This document shows, one piece after another, positions 30,626 through 41,051 of a stretch of 64,000 bases of DNA. The first letter of the stretch is position 1. Each line of letters begins with the position of its first letter. The notes below the pieces were generated by a model. The model worked only from the letters and a program-made list of their open reading frames with translations, did no database searches and was not told where the DNA came from. This DNA is from an uncultured Actinomycetes bacterium (GTDB lineage Bacteria > Actinomycetota > UBA4738 > HRBIN12): contig CAWBOB010000003.1 in NCBI GenBank assembly GCA_963790335.1, positions 33,825 through 97,824 of the forward strand, given 5' to 3'. Position numbers and translations under genes: made by a program.

Positions 30626-31405
30626 GTGGGCGTGCCGGCGACCTCGGCTACTCCAAGTCGGAGCTCATGATCGCAGCCAGCGCGCGCCTGCTGGGAGGCG
30701 TCTCGAACTGCTTCGTGGGCGTCGGCCTGCCGAACATCGTGTGCAACCTCGCCCAGCGGACGGTGGCGCCGCGCCTCCAGCTCGTCTACGAGTCAGGGGC
30801 ATACGGGGCGCGGCCCGAGCGGCTTCCGCTGTCGATCGGCGACCCGACGCTCGCGACCGGCTCGACGGCGGTGACGAGCATGTTCGAGCTGTTCGCGTTC
30901 TACCTGCAGGCGGGGCTGATCGACGCGGCCTTCCTGGGCGGCGCGCAGATCGACCGGCACGGCAACCTCAACACGACCGTGATCGGCGGGTACGAGCAGC
31001 CGAAGGTGCGGCTGCCCGGGTCGGGCGGGGCCTGCGAGATCGCGATCCACGCGAGGCAGGTGCTGGTGATCATGCGCCAAGCCCGACGATCGTTCGTGGA
31101 GCGGCTCGACTTCCGCACGAGTCCGGGACACAGCGGCGACCCGGCGCACGACGCGGCCCGGGGTTGGCACGGGAGCGGTCCGACGAGCGTCGTCACCGAT
31201 CTCGCGACCTACTCGTTCGACGACGGCGACGGGTGAGATGACGCTGCGCACCACCCACCCGGGGATCACGGTCGACGAGGTGCGCGACAACATGGGCTGG
31301 CATCCGATGATCGCCGACGATCTCGGGGAGACACCTCCTCCGAGCGACGAGGAGCTGCGCTTGATCCGCGAGGAGCTGGATCCGGGAGGGGTCTACACGT
31401 CATGA
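30622..31405 (+). CDS. CoA-transferase subunit B (frameshift near 31232)
   Basis: FVGVGLP, YESG, AQIDRHGNLNTT, RLPGSGGA; continues HPGITVDEVRDNMGW...LDPGGVYTS*. Confidence 0.92.
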
Positions 31406-32319
31406 CCACGGCCGCCGGTGCGTTCGACGTGATCGAGCCTCCTGTGTGGTTCGGCCCGCTCCGGGAGCCGTCATGGCTCGTGCCGCGCGTGCGCGACGAC
31501 GCGCCCCGGGTCGTGGTCTGCGCCGAGACGTGGGGCGACCAGCCGGTCGATGGTCACGGCCGGGATCTGCGCCTCGGCCTGCCGATGTATCTCGCGGAGG
31601 CGATCCGATTCGGCACCGACGCCCGAGCCGCCTCGCTGGCGGGGGCGATGGGCAGAGCGGACCCCACCCCCGACGCTGACATCGTCGTGCGGACCGCGGT
31701 CGCGCCCGACGGTGACGCGTCGGTCCGGGTACGCGTGCTCGACGGCTCGGGCGCCGCGCTCGACGAGGTCGTCCGCGAGGCGCGTGACGCGGCCACGCTC
31801 GGCGATGCGCTCGCCGGTCTGCCGCGCGCCTGCACCGATACGATCGCTCGCGCGGGGGTGCGGCCCATCTGGAACTCGCTCTACACGCTGCCCCAGGGGG
31901 CGTCGCTCGTCGCCTACGTTCGGGGACTACGGGCGTGCCGACGCATCACCGAGGAAGCCTTGCCGTCGACGGCCGATGCCGCCGCCGTGGCCGAGCGCCG
32001 CGACGACGTGCACTCGACCCTCACGGCGCTCGGATCCCTCGCGACCAGCACCACGGAAGCCTTCCCGGCGTTGCTGTTCTTCGGTGGGGTGCTCGCCGCG
32101 CACGACGTCGGAGCTCCGATGGTCGGTGAGTTCCGGCTGCCCGTGAACTCGCGATCGACGACGGCCACGCAGCCGTTCGACCCGGTCTTCGCCATGAGCG
32201 CGTTGGCGCTGCGCATCTTCGGGGACCGCGCGACGAGCGATCGGCGTCTCGGCGCGTTGCAGACAGCCGACGGTGATGGCATGCGCGCATGGATCGATGT
32301 CGTGCGCACGGTCGCATGA
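31402..32319 (+). CDS. Hypothetical protein
   Basis: 305-aa ORF with ATGA overlaps to both neighbours; no recognised motif. Confidence 0.7.
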   Translation: MTTAAGAFDVIEPPVWFGPLREPSWLVPRVRDDAPRVVVCAETWGDQPVDGHGRDLRLGLPMYLAEAIRFGTDARAASLAGAMGRADPTPDADIVVRTAVAPDGDASVRVRVLDGSGAALDEVVREARDAATLGDALAGLPRACTDTIARAGVRPIWNSLYTLPQGASLVAYVRGLRACRRITEEALPSTADAAAVAERRDDVHSTLTALGSLATSTTEAFPALLFFGGVLAAHDVGAPMVGEFRLPVNSRSTTATQPFDPVFAMSALALRIFGDRATSDRRLGALQTADGDGMRAWIDVVRTVA

Positions 32320-33626
32320 GCCACGTCTTCCCACGGGTGCTGGACCGTGAGCTCCCGGTTGCCGTCGGCGCGACGGGAGCGTGGATCACGACCGCCGACG
32401 GGGCTCGGTACCTCGACGCCGCGGGAGGTGCCATCGTCGTGAACGTCGGGCACGGCGAACGACGCGTGATCGACGCGATCGGGACACAGCTCGAGCGGAC
32501 CCAGTACGTGCACGGCACGATGTTCACGACCGGTGCCGTCGAGGCGTACGCCGATGCGCTCTCACCGCTGCTTCCCGTGGACGATCCGCGCGTGTACCCG
32601 GTCTCAGGCGGGAGCGAGGCGGTCGAGACGGCCTTGAAGCTGGCGCGGAGCTACCACCTGGCTCGGGGTGAGGGCACGAGGTTCGTCGTGATCGGTCGGC
32701 GCAGCTCGTACCACGGGAACACGCTCGGGGCGCTCGATGCGAGCGGCAAGGAACCTCTCCGCAAGCCGTACACGCCGTGGCTCGGCCGGTTCCTGCATGC
32801 CCCGGCTGCCTACGAGTACCGCTGTGAGAATCCGCACCACCCGTCGGCGTGCGGGGCGTGGCACGCCGCTGAGCTCGAGCGCATGATCGTGCAGGCGCCG
32901 CCGAACGCCGTCGCCGCGTTCATCGCCGAGCCGGTGGCCGGCGCGACGCTCGCGGCGGCGGTGCCGTGCGAGGACTACTGGCCGGCGATCGTCGACGTCT
33001 GCCGGCGACACGGCGTGCTCGTGATCGCCGACGAGGTCATGACCGGCATGGGGCGCACGGGCGCGTGGTTCGGCATCGAGCGGTGGGGGGTACGGCCCGA
33101 CATCATCACCGCCGGAAAAGGCACGACGAGCGGGTACGTTCCGTTCGGTTTCGCCGCCGCCAGCCGTGAGGTGTTCGAGGCGGTGTCGACGACCGGCTTC
33201 GTGCACGGCTTCACGTGGTCGCACAACGGCCTGGGCGCTGCCGCGGCCGGCGCGGTGTTGCAGGTGCTGCGCGACGACGACCTGGTGGCGCGAGCCGCGT
33301 CGACGGGCGAGCGACTGCGGGCGGGGCTCGCCGACGCCCTGGCTGACCTGCCGATGGTGGGCGACGTGCGGGGGCTCGGCATGATGATCGGCATCGAACT
33401 CGTGCGCGACGCCGCTACCAAGGAGCCCTTCGACCGCAAGGATCGGGTCACCGAACGTGTCATGCAGGCAGCGCGGGAGAGCGGCCTGCTGCTCTACTCC
33501 TCGACGGCGCACGTCGACGGGCGCGACGGCGACCTCCTCATGCTGGGTCCGCCGTTCACGATCTCCGACGACGACGCCGACGCGATCGTGGAGCGCACCG
33601 CCGCCGCGGTGCGGTCGGTTGCATGA
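32316..33626 (+). CDS. Class III aminotransferase (BioA-like / omega-amine type)
   Basis: YLDAAGGA, SGGSEAVE, SYHGNTLG, DEVMTGMGRTG, GKG, HGFTW. Confidence 0.92.
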   Translation: MSHVFPRVLDRELPVAVGATGAWITTADGARYLDAAGGAIVVNVGHGERRVIDAIGTQLERTQYVHGTMFTTGAVEAYADALSPLLPVDDPRVYPVSGGSEAVETALKLARSYHLARGEGTRFVVIGRRSSYHGNTLGALDASGKEPLRKPYTPWLGRFLHAPAAYEYRCENPHHPSACGAWHAAELERMIVQAPPNAVAAFIAEPVAGATLAAAVPCEDYWPAIVDVCRRHGVLVIADEVMTGMGRTGAWFGIERWGVRPDIITAGKGTTSGYVPFGFAAASREVFEAVSTTGFVHGFTWSHNGLGAAAAGAVLQVLRDDDLVARAASTGERLRAGLADALADLPMVGDVRGLGMMIGIELVRDAATKEPFDRKDRVTERVMQAARESGLLLYSSTAHVDGRDGDLLMLGPPFTISDDDADAIVERTAAAVRSVA

Positions 33627-33645
33627 CCGAAGGTTGCGGCAGCCG

Positions 33646-34719
33646 ATGAGCGGCACCGCCGGCCTCGTGGTCGCGCCCGGCGCCGGGGCCTACGACCACG
33701 GGCCGGGTCACCCGTTGCGCCCCGCCCGGGTGTTGCTCACCTGGGAGCTCATCGAGGCCTACGGCATGCTCGAGCACGACACGGTCGCCCGGCTCGGTGC
33801 CGATCCGGCCGACGACGCGACGCTCGGGCTCGTGCACACCCCAGGATTCATCGATGCCACACGTCGCGCGGGACACGGGCTGGAGGGGCCGTGGGGCCGG
33901 TTCGGCTACGGACCGGGCGACAACCCCATCTTCGATCGGATGCACGAGGCGGCTGCGATCGTGGCGGGCGCGTCGCTCGAGGCCGCCCGCGCCGTGCTCT
34001 CGGGCGACGTCGCGCATGCGTTCAACGCGCCCGGCGGCCTGCACCACGCCATGCCCGATCGCGCCTCGGGGTTCTGCGTCTACGACGACCCGGCCATCGC
34101 GATCGCGTGGCTCCTGACGCAGGGCGTGGAGCGTGTCGCCTACGTCGACGTCGACGTCCACCATGGCGACGGCCCGCAGGCGATCTTCTGGGACGAGCCA
34201 CGCGTGCTCACGGTCTCGATCCACGAGCACGCTCCGGAGCTGGGATTCTTCCCCGGCACCGGCGGCAGGAGCGAACGCGGCGGCCCCCAGGCTCCCGACT
34301 CGGCGCGCAACGTGCCGCTCTCGCCGGGCACCGCCGACTCGGGGTGGCTCGCCGCGTTCCGCGAGGAGGTGTTGCCCACCGTGCGGTCGTTCGGCCCTGA
34401 CGTGCTGGTCACCCAGCTCGGCTGCGACACGCACGAGAGCGATCCGCTCGCGCACCTGCGCCTCACGACGGACACGTACCGGGCGACCGCGGAGCTGCTG
34501 CACGAGCTCGCGCACGGTGCTGCCGCAGGAAGGTGGATCGCCACCGGTGGCGGTGGCTATCAGTGGGCGCGGGTCGTGCCGAGAGCGTGGACGATCTACT
34601 TCTCCGAGATGGCCGGGGTCTCCGTGCCCGACGAGCTTCCGGCGGCCTGGATCGAGCGAGCGGAAGCCGCGCTCGGCGATGCCGTGCCGCCGACCCTGTC
34701 CGACACGAGGCCGGCATGA
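33646..34719 (+). CDS. acuC: AcuC / histone-deacetylase-family amidohydrolase
   Basis: HPLRPAR, GGLHHA, SGFCVYDD, DVDVHHGDG, FPGTG, GGGGY. Confidence 0.85.
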   Translation: MSGTAGLVVAPGAGAYDHGPGHPLRPARVLLTWELIEAYGMLEHDTVARLGADPADDATLGLVHTPGFIDATRRAGHGLEGPWGRFGYGPGDNPIFDRMHEAAAIVAGASLEAARAVLSGDVAHAFNAPGGLHHAMPDRASGFCVYDDPAIAIAWLLTQGVERVAYVDVDVHHGDGPQAIFWDEPRVLTVSIHEHAPELGFFPGTGGRSERGGPQAPDSARNVPLSPGTADSGWLAAFREEVLPTVRSFGPDVLVTQLGCDTHESDPLAHLRLTTDTYRATAELLHELAHGAAAGRWIATGGGGYQWARVVPRAWTIYFSEMAGVSVPDELPAAWIERAEAALGDAVPPTLSDTRPA

Positions 34720-36155
34720 GCGAGGGAACGGCCCAGACGCGCGCACCGAGCACCAAGCTCGTCTGTACGCTCGGCCCTTCGACGAACACACCCGCGTTCG
34801 TGCGTGGGCTCGTCGCGGCCGGCGCGTCGGTGTTCCGGGTGAACTTCTCACACGGCTCCCCCGACGATCACGAGCGAGCCGTTGGACTCGTGCGGCAGGC
34901 CGAGGCCGAAGGCGACCGTGCGCTCTCGGTGCTCGCCGATCTGCCGGGCCCGAAGGTCAGGCTCGCCACGATGGAACCCGACCCGTTCCGCTTCCTGCCG
35001 GGTCAACCGTTCGAGCTCCGGCGTGAGGGGCCCGGCGACGAGGGTGGCACATCGACGACCTACCCGGATCTCGCGAACGATCTTCGTCCGGGGGATCGCG
35101 TCCTGCTCGCCGATGGCGCGGTCGAGCTGGTGGTGCGAACGATCGACGGTGGAACCGTGGGGACCGAGTGCGTCCGCGGTGGCATCGCGCGAACCGGTCA
35201 GGGGGTGAACGTGCCGGCCGAGCGGCTGAGCCTTCCGGCCGTCACCGATCGCGATCGGGAATGTCTGGCCCGGGCGCTCGATCTCGCGGTCGACATGGTC
35301 GCCCAGTCGTTCGTGCGGGCCTCCGGTGACCTGCTCGAGCTGCGCGCGATCATGGGCGAGCGTGCCGTGCCGGTCGTGGCCAAGATCGAGACGAAGCCCG
35401 CGATCGAGAACGTCGACGCGATCCTCGAGGTGGCCGACGCCATCATGGTGGCCCGGGGCGACCTCGGGGTCGAGCTTCCGATGGAACAGATCCCGCTGCT
35501 GCAGAAGGACCTGCTGCGCCGGGCGCGCGATGCCGGCTGTCCCGTCGTGGTCGCGACGCAGATGCTCGAATCGATGACGCGTGCTCCGAGGCCGACGCGT
35601 GCCGAGGCGTCCGACGTGGCCAACGCCGTGCTCGACGGCGCCGACGCGATCATGCTCTCGGGAGAGACCGCGATCGGTGACTACCCGTTCGAGGCAGCCG
35701 CAGCCGCGACGAGGATCGCCGCCGCCGTCGAATCACGCGCCGCCGACTACCGGGCCGCCCAACCAGCCTGCCGGCACCGGGGCGAAGCAGCCGCGGTCGC
35801 GCATGCCGTCGCTGCCGTCGCCACCTCCGAATCCGACGTCGTGGCGATCACCTGCTACACCGAGACCGGTCGCACCGCGCGGCTGCTCTCGGCCGAACGC
35901 CCGTCGAGCCCGATCTACGCCTTCATGCCCGATCCGCTCGTGCGCAGGGTCTCCACGTTGCACTGGGGCGTGGTGCCGCTTCCGTCCGATCGTCCGCACG
36001 ACACCGATGCCATGATCGCGCTCATGGACGCAGGCGTGCGCGACCGTGGCCTGGTGGCTCCCGGCGAGTTGGTGGTCATGGCGGCGTCCTCGCCGGTGGG
36101 GCGGACCAGGACGAACATGCTCAAACTGCACCAGGTGGGCTCACCCGTCCGCTGA
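34716..36155 (+). CDS. pyk: Pyruvate kinase
   Basis: TKLVCTLGP, RVNFSHG, AKIE, MVARGDLG, ATQMLESM, MLSGETA. Confidence 0.97.
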   Translation: MSEGTAQTRAPSTKLVCTLGPSTNTPAFVRGLVAAGASVFRVNFSHGSPDDHERAVGLVRQAEAEGDRALSVLADLPGPKVRLATMEPDPFRFLPGQPFELRREGPGDEGGTSTTYPDLANDLRPGDRVLLADGAVELVVRTIDGGTVGTECVRGGIARTGQGVNVPAERLSLPAVTDRDRECLARALDLAVDMVAQSFVRASGDLLELRAIMGERAVPVVAKIETKPAIENVDAILEVADAIMVARGDLGVELPMEQIPLLQKDLLRRARDAGCPVVVATQMLESMTRAPRPTRAEASDVANAVLDGADAIMLSGETAIGDYPFEAAAAATRIAAAVESRAADYRAAQPACRHRGEAAAVAHAVAAVATSESDVVAITCYTETGRTARLLSAERPSSPIYAFMPDPLVRRVSTLHWGVVPLPSDRPHDTDAMIALMDAGVRDRGLVAPGELVVMAASSPVGRTRTNMLKLHQVGSPVR

Positions 36156-36638
36156 GGCATCCTCGTCGAGCGCATCGATCGTCCAGCCTTCGAGCCAGGT
36201 GAGGTACACGTAGAGCGAGAACATCTGGGCAGCCTCGTCGTCGCCCTCGAAGTCGGCCTCGACCGAGTCCTCGGTCACGCCGATCCGGGTGCCGATCACG
36301 AGTCGGATCGAGTTCAGCGAGCCGAGCCATGCGAGCAGCTCGTCCTCGGTCAGCTCGTCGGCGCCGAGCGTGCGTTCCACGGTGTCGAGCGCCTCCAGCT
36401 TGCCGAGGAGCAGGTCGCCGCCGTGGCGATGCTCGTACTCCAGGTTGCCCAGCACGTCGTCGGGCAGCGCGGGCGGGAACATCCGCGCCACCGCTTCGTC
36501 GCTCGAGGGGTGCTCGGAGGTGAGCAAGGTCCTCAGCTGCTCGCTGAAGGTGCCCACGGCGTCTCGTTCCCGCGCCGAGAGCCGCAGGCCGAACCGATCG
36601 GGTTCCAGGCGATGAACCGGGCCCTTCCTGAGGCGCAT
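36141..36638 (-). CDS. DUF2017 family protein
   Basis: RMFPPA, WLGSLNSIRLVIGTRIG, Y.YLTWL; downstream of clpS as in actinomycetes. Confidence 0.8.
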   Translation of the reverse strand: MRLRKGPVHRLEPDRFGLRLSARERDAVGTFSEQLRTLLTSEHPSSDEAVARMFPPALPDDVLGNLEYEHRHGGDLLLGKLEALDTVERTLGADELTEDELLAWLGSLNSIRLVIGTRIGVTEDSVEADFEGDDEAAQMFSLYVYLTWLEGWTIDALDEDASADG

Positions 36639-36967
36639 CAGCGGTCCTTCTGCATCGTCGCCCACAAGCCGTAGGCGTGCAGGCGGGCGACGTCGCGCTC
36701 GGCCTCGTCCTTCGTGCCGTTCGACACGACCGCCTTGCCCTTGGTGTGCACGTCCCACATCAGCTTCTCGGCCTTCGCCCTGGGGAAGCCGAACAGCTTC
36801 TGGAAGACCCAGGTCACGTAGTTCATCAGGTTGATGGGGTCGTTCCACACGAGCACGATCCACGGCACGTCGGGCTCGATGTGCTCGACGACATCCGGCC
36901 GGCCGATCTCCACGGGCGCCGTGCTCGCGGCCGACGGGGACGGGGGTTCCGCTCTGCGATGCTGCAC
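36638..36967 (-). CDS. clpS: ATP-dependent Clp protease adaptor (start uncertain)
   Basis: [35 protein letters not shown]. Confidence 0.93.
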   Translation of the reverse strand: MQHRRAEPPSPSAASTAPVEIGRPDVVEHIEPDVPWIVLVWNDPINLMNYVTWVFQKLFGFPRAKAEKLMWDVHTKGKAVVSNGTKDEAERDVARLHAYGLWATMQKDR

Positions 36968-36969
36968 CC

Positions 36970-37795
36970 ATGGACGTTATCGAACGCCACGTTCGGCGCC
37001 TTCCCGCGCTCGACGGCCGGTGGAACCCCGGGCCGCATGAGCGAGCCCAGCTGCTCGAAGCGCTGTGCGACGGCGACGTGGCCGGCACCGCCACCCATCC
37101 GCTCGACAACGTGCGCGCGAACGCGCTCATGCTGATCGACGGAGACCCCGACAAGCTGTTCGGCCTGTCGGGCCTGCCCGGCACGTTCGACCTCGACGGC
37201 ATCCTCGACCTGGTGGCCCTCGAGGCGGGCGCAGCCTATCGATCGGGAGGCCCTGGACGGCCCGGTCGAGATCACCCCCGAGCCGATCCTCGAAGCGTGC
37301 GAGGCGATGGGTGACCGGCTGTCTCGCGCCGCCCGCGGTGGCGAGCGCGTCGCGCTCGCCACCGGGCACCCGGTGGGGCTCTCGCTGCTCTACCACGCGC
37401 TCGATCGGCTCTTGGTCGACCATGGTGCCCGGGTGACGCGGCTCGCGAACGGTGAACGGTGGCGCGATCCGCATCTCGCCCACGACTGGTTCGTCGACCA
37501 CTGGGGCCACGTGGGCATGCTCACCGATGGCGAACGCCCGCGTCACACGCACCTTCCCGATCCGATGCAGCGCATGCTGGCCGAGGGACATCCCGACCTG
37601 GTGGTGGCCGATCACGGGTTCGCCGGCGCGGCGATCGAGGCGGGGGTCGAGACCCTCTCGATCGCCGATGTGAACGACCCCGCCTTGATCGTGGCGAAGG
37701 CGCAGGGACGAACCGACATCGTCGTGGTCATGGACGATCATGTGGAACCGGGCGCGTACTGGCCCTGCTTCCAGGCCATCGCATCGAGGTTCTGA
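36970..37795 (+). CDS. Actinobacterial 'phosphatase' family protein (frameshift near 37250)
   Basis: [37 protein letters not shown]. Confidence 0.75.
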
Positions 37796-37884
37796 GCTAT
37801 CGGGCTGCGCGCGAGCGGCCAAGACTCGGGCCTCGACCGAGGGGGTATCCAGCGCGGGCCTCGAACGCCTACAATCCGGCCATC

Positions 37885-38082
37885 GTGAAGCGAGAACCCT
37901 TCACCGAGGCTCGGCTGAAGACCGTCAACGAGGTCGCAGACCTGTTGCGCGTATCCAGGATGACCGTCTACCGCATGATCAAGACAGGAGAGATGCCCGC
38001 CGTGAGGGTGGGCCGGAGCTATCGGCTCCGATCCGAGGACGTCGACACCTACCTGACGGAGCGGTACACCGAAGCCGGCTGA
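37885..38082 (+). CDS. Excisionase-like HTH DNA-binding protein (Rv0500A-like)
   Basis: LKTVNEVADLLRVSRMTVYRMI..GEMPAVRVGRSYR; TACAAT -10 at 37870. Confidence 0.9.
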   Translation: MKREPFTEARLKTVNEVADLLRVSRMTVYRMIKTGEMPAVRVGRSYRLRSEDVDTYLTERYTEAG

Positions 38083-38150
38083 GGGCCCGGCTTTCCACCG
38101 CTCCCGCGCGACCCGCGCTCAGCCGACCTCCGTGGAGCACGGAGGGGCGC

Positions 38151-39041
38151 ATGAACGAGCACGAACGGCTCGTCGATCGAGCTGCTCGCGAAGCAGGCAC
38201 CGTCATGTTCGTGGGCGGGCTCGACGCCGGGAAGAGCACCCTGGCGCGGGCGACCGCGGCCTTCGCGCTGCGGCGCGGGCGGACCGTCGCCTACCTCGAC
38301 GCCGACGTGGCCCAGAAGACCGTCGGGCCGCCCGCCACCGTCGGGATGAAGCACGTGCGCGAGCCCGACGATCTCACGCTCGATCGGCTCTCCCATGCCG
38401 ATGCGCTCGGGTTCGTCGGGGCGACCAGCCCCCAGGGCCACGTGCTCTCCCTCGTGGGCGCGCTCGCCCGACTGCGCGACCGGGCCCGCAGCGAGGGCGC
38501 CGATCTGATCGTGGTCGACACGAGCGCCATGGTGAGCGGCATCTGGGGTCAGCTCGTGAAGTACTACAAGGTCGACGCCCTCGAGCCCGACCTCGTCGTC
38601 GGGCTGCAGCGTGGCGAGGAGCTGGAGCCCGTGCTCGGCGTCATCCAACGGTTCTTCGGCGTCGAGCTGGTCACGCTTCCGGTGCATGCCGGCGTCGTGT
38701 CGACGAGCGTCGAGGAGCGATCCGGTCAGCGCGAACGATCGATGGCGGCCTACTTCGGGCACGAGCTGCAGCGGTTCCGGGTGAAGCCGACCGTGTTCAT
38801 GCCATCGTTGCCGCCGCTGTTCGACCTGGGCGAGCTCGACCGGCTCCTGGTGGGCCTCTCCGATGGACACGGGGGATTCACCGGACTCGGCTACCTCGAG
38901 TACGTGCCCGAGGATCAGGGGCTGCGTTTGATCTCTCCTGTGGCAGAGCCGCCGAAAGCGCTTAGACTGGGCTCCGTTCGTCTGGAGGACAGCTTCCGGG
39001 TGAAGCGCGTCGACCTCCGGAATCTCTTCGGAACCGAGTGA
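38151..39041 (+). CDS. Clp1/Grc3-family polynucleotide 5'-hydroxyl kinase
   Basis: Walker A GGLDAGKST, DADVAQ..GPP, FVGATSP, VDTS, lid-like R...R. Confidence 0.8.
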   Translation: MNEHERLVDRAAREAGTVMFVGGLDAGKSTLARATAAFALRRGRTVAYLDADVAQKTVGPPATVGMKHVREPDDLTLDRLSHADALGFVGATSPQGHVLSLVGALARLRDRARSEGADLIVVDTSAMVSGIWGQLVKYYKVDALEPDLVVGLQRGEELEPVLGVIQRFFGVELVTLPVHAGVVSTSVEERSGQRERSMAAYFGHELQRFRVKPTVFMPSLPPLFDLGELDRLLVGLSDGHGGFTGLGYLEYVPEDQGLRLISPVAEPPKALRLGSVRLEDSFRVKRVDLRNLFGTE

Positions 39042-39051
39042 AAGGGCTCCC

Positions 39052-39153
39052 TTGCCGTCGCTGATCAAGAAGCGCCGCAAGAAGATGCGCAAGAAGAAGC
39101 ACAAGAAGCTCTTGAAGCGCACACGGCACCAGCGCATGAAGCTGGGCAAGTAG
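39052..39153 (+). CDS. 30S ribosomal protein bS22 (AURKAIP1/COX24 domain)
   Basis: TTG start; MPSLIKKRRKKMRKKKHKKLLKRTRHQRMKLGK*. Confidence 0.92.
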   Translation: MPSLIKKRRKKMRKKKHKKLLKRTRHQRMKLGK

Positions 39154-39167
39154 CTCCGGCTTCGCTC

Positions 39168-39944
39168 GTGCGCGCCTTCGGGAAGCGTTGTGCCCCCGTC
39201 TCCGCCGCGCTGGTGGTGTCGGTGCTCACCCTCGTGGCGTGCGGTCCGTCGTCGCCCTCTCCGTCGCCGGGCTCGCGTGCCGTGCGCTTCACCTCCACCG
39301 GAGGAACCGAGCTGGCCGGGCGCCTGTTCGAGGCCGACGGCGCCACGGCGGGGGTCGTGCTCGCCCACATGCGCCTGGGCGACCAGTCGTCGTGGTTCGG
39401 CTACGCCGAGACCCTCGCCGACGACGGTTACCGGGTGCTGACGTTCAACTTCCGCGGATACTGCCCCGAAGGCGGCGCGGGTTGCTCCGGCGGCCGGACC
39501 GACCTGCCGCTGCTCTGGCGCGACGTGCTCGCCGCCGTGCGCTTCCTGCGCTCGACGGGCGTCGGCCGCGTGGGCGTGATCGGCGCGAGCATGGGGGGAA
39601 CCGCGGCGCTGGTCGCATCGGCGCAGCCCGCCTCGCGCATCGGGGCCGTGGCCACGCTGTCGGCGCCGACGTCGATCGAAGGCCTGGCGGTCTCGTCGGA
39701 GACGCTCGTGGCGGTGCCGTCCGCGAAGCTGTATGTCGCCGGCACCGGCGACGCGGCCGCGGCGGCCGATGCCCAGTCGCTGTACGCCCTCAGCGTGCCA
39801 CCGAAACGGGTCGAGATCGTGCCGTCGGAGGACCACGGCACCGACCTGCTCGACGGCAACCAGGGGCCGAACGTGCGCCAGATCCTGCAGGGCTGGCTCG
39901 CCCGGTTCCTACCGGTTCAGGAGCCCGCCCGCGAGGAGACCTGA
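39168..39944 (+). CDS. Alpha/beta hydrolase lipoprotein
   Basis: LVAC lipobox, FNFRG, GASMGG, HGTDL. Confidence 0.85.
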   Translation: MRAFGKRCAPVSAALVVSVLTLVACGPSSPSPSPGSRAVRFTSTGGTELAGRLFEADGATAGVVLAHMRLGDQSSWFGYAETLADDGYRVLTFNFRGYCPEGGAGCSGGRTDLPLLWRDVLAAVRFLRSTGVGRVGVIGASMGGTAALVASAQPASRIGAVATLSAPTSIEGLAVSSETLVAVPSAKLYVAGTGDAAAAADAQSLYALSVPPKRVEIVPSEDHGTDLLDGNQGPNVRQILQGWLARFLPVQEPAREET

Positions 39945-39959
39945 GCCGGGGCGTCGCGG

Positions 39960-40133
39960 TCAGCCTGAGCCCGGCGTGACGCCGACGCTCGAACTCGGGC
40001 TGGGCATCTGCCCGGGGCTGGAGGGGCCGGGGAGCGGATCGCCGCTGCCGCCGGCGATGATCAGCTGCGCCACGCCGGCCGCGCCGATGAGCGCGAAGAG
40101 CACGATGATCATGATCAAGGTCGGACGCCGCAT
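39960..40133 (-). CDS. Small membrane-anchored protein
   Basis: MRRPTLIMIIVLFALIGAAGVAQLII plus a Pro/Ser/Gly tail. Confidence 0.6.
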   Translation of the reverse strand: MRRPTLIMIIVLFALIGAAGVAQLIIAGGSGDPLPGPSSPGQMPSPSSSVGVTPGSG

Positions 40134-40147
40134 GAGCGGAGCCGAGG

Positions 40148-41014
40148 CTAGCAGGCCGCGTCGTCGCGACCGCCCGCCGCGTCGCCGGAGCCGTGGCCGC
40201 GGCGCGACGCGACGTCGCTCGCGACCGGGGTGAGTCCCAGGGCGCGCTCGCTCCATGTGCGCATGCGCACCATGACCTCGCGCAGGCGTTCCGGGTCGGT
40301 CAGGTACGTCCGCAGGTCGACCTCGAGGGAGACGGAGGCTTCGTAGTCGGACGCCCTGAGATCGCGGCAGAAGGCGTCGAGATCGAGCACGCCGTCTCCG
40401 GGAGGAAGGTGCGAATCCCACCCCTTGCCGGCGTTGTCCGACAGGTGCACATGGCGCAGCCGGTCGCCGAAGCGCCGTCGCACGTCGACAGGATCGTGCT
40501 GCGCGACAGCGGCGTGGCTCGTATCGAGCACGAGATGCGGCAGCCCCTCGAGCTCGTCGAGATCCTGGTTCGCGTGGAAGGTCACGCTCCGTCTGCCCAT
40601 GCGGACGGGGAACATGTTCTCGATCGCGACCGTCACGCCCGTGCGCTGCTCGAGCACCGGCAGCGTCTCGTCGAGCCATCGCCGGTACGGCCGCTGCCAT
40701 CGGAACGGTGGATGCATCACCACCACCGGCACCTCGGCCTGCTCCGCCACGTGGATGGCGCGATCGATCTTCCCGATCGGGTCGGTGCCCCAGACCTTCC
40801 TCGTCATGAGCAGCGACGGAGCGTGGATCGCGCCGATCTCGAGGCCATGCTCGCCGGCGAGGGAGCGCATGCGGATGGGGTCCTGGCTCGCCGGATCCTT
40901 GGTGACCATGACCTCCACGCCGGTGTACCCGGTCTCGGACACGATGCGGAAGGTCTGCTCGAGCGGCCGGGCGAAGAACGCGGCGGAGGAGAAGAGCAGC
41001 TGGAGTGAGCCCAC
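40148..41014 (-). CDS. Sugar phosphate isomerase/epimerase TIM-barrel protein
   Basis: GVEVMV, IHAP, HPPFRWQ, ENMFP, LDTSH, HVHLSD, HLPPG. Confidence 0.88.
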   Translation of the reverse strand: MGSLQLLFSSAAFFARPLEQTFRIVSETGYTGVEVMVTKDPASQDPIRMRSLAGEHGLEIGAIHAPSLLMTRKVWGTDPIGKIDRAIHVAEQAEVPVVVMHPPFRWQRPYRRWLDETLPVLEQRTGVTVAIENMFPVRMGRRSVTFHANQDLDELEGLPHLVLDTSHAAVAQHDPVDVRRRFGDRLRHVHLSDNAGKGWDSHLPPGDGVLDLDAFCRDLRASDYEASVSLEVDLRTYLTDPERLREVMVRMRTWSERALGLTPVASDVASRRGHGSGDAAGGRDDAAC

Positions 41015-41051
41015 GTCTCTATCGTAGGCACCCGGAGCCTATGCTGAGGCG

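Noticed and set aside
37885-38082. Excisionase as evidence of a prophage or ICE
   Set aside because: It is the conserved chromosomal Rv0500A-like gene, and no integrase is nearby.
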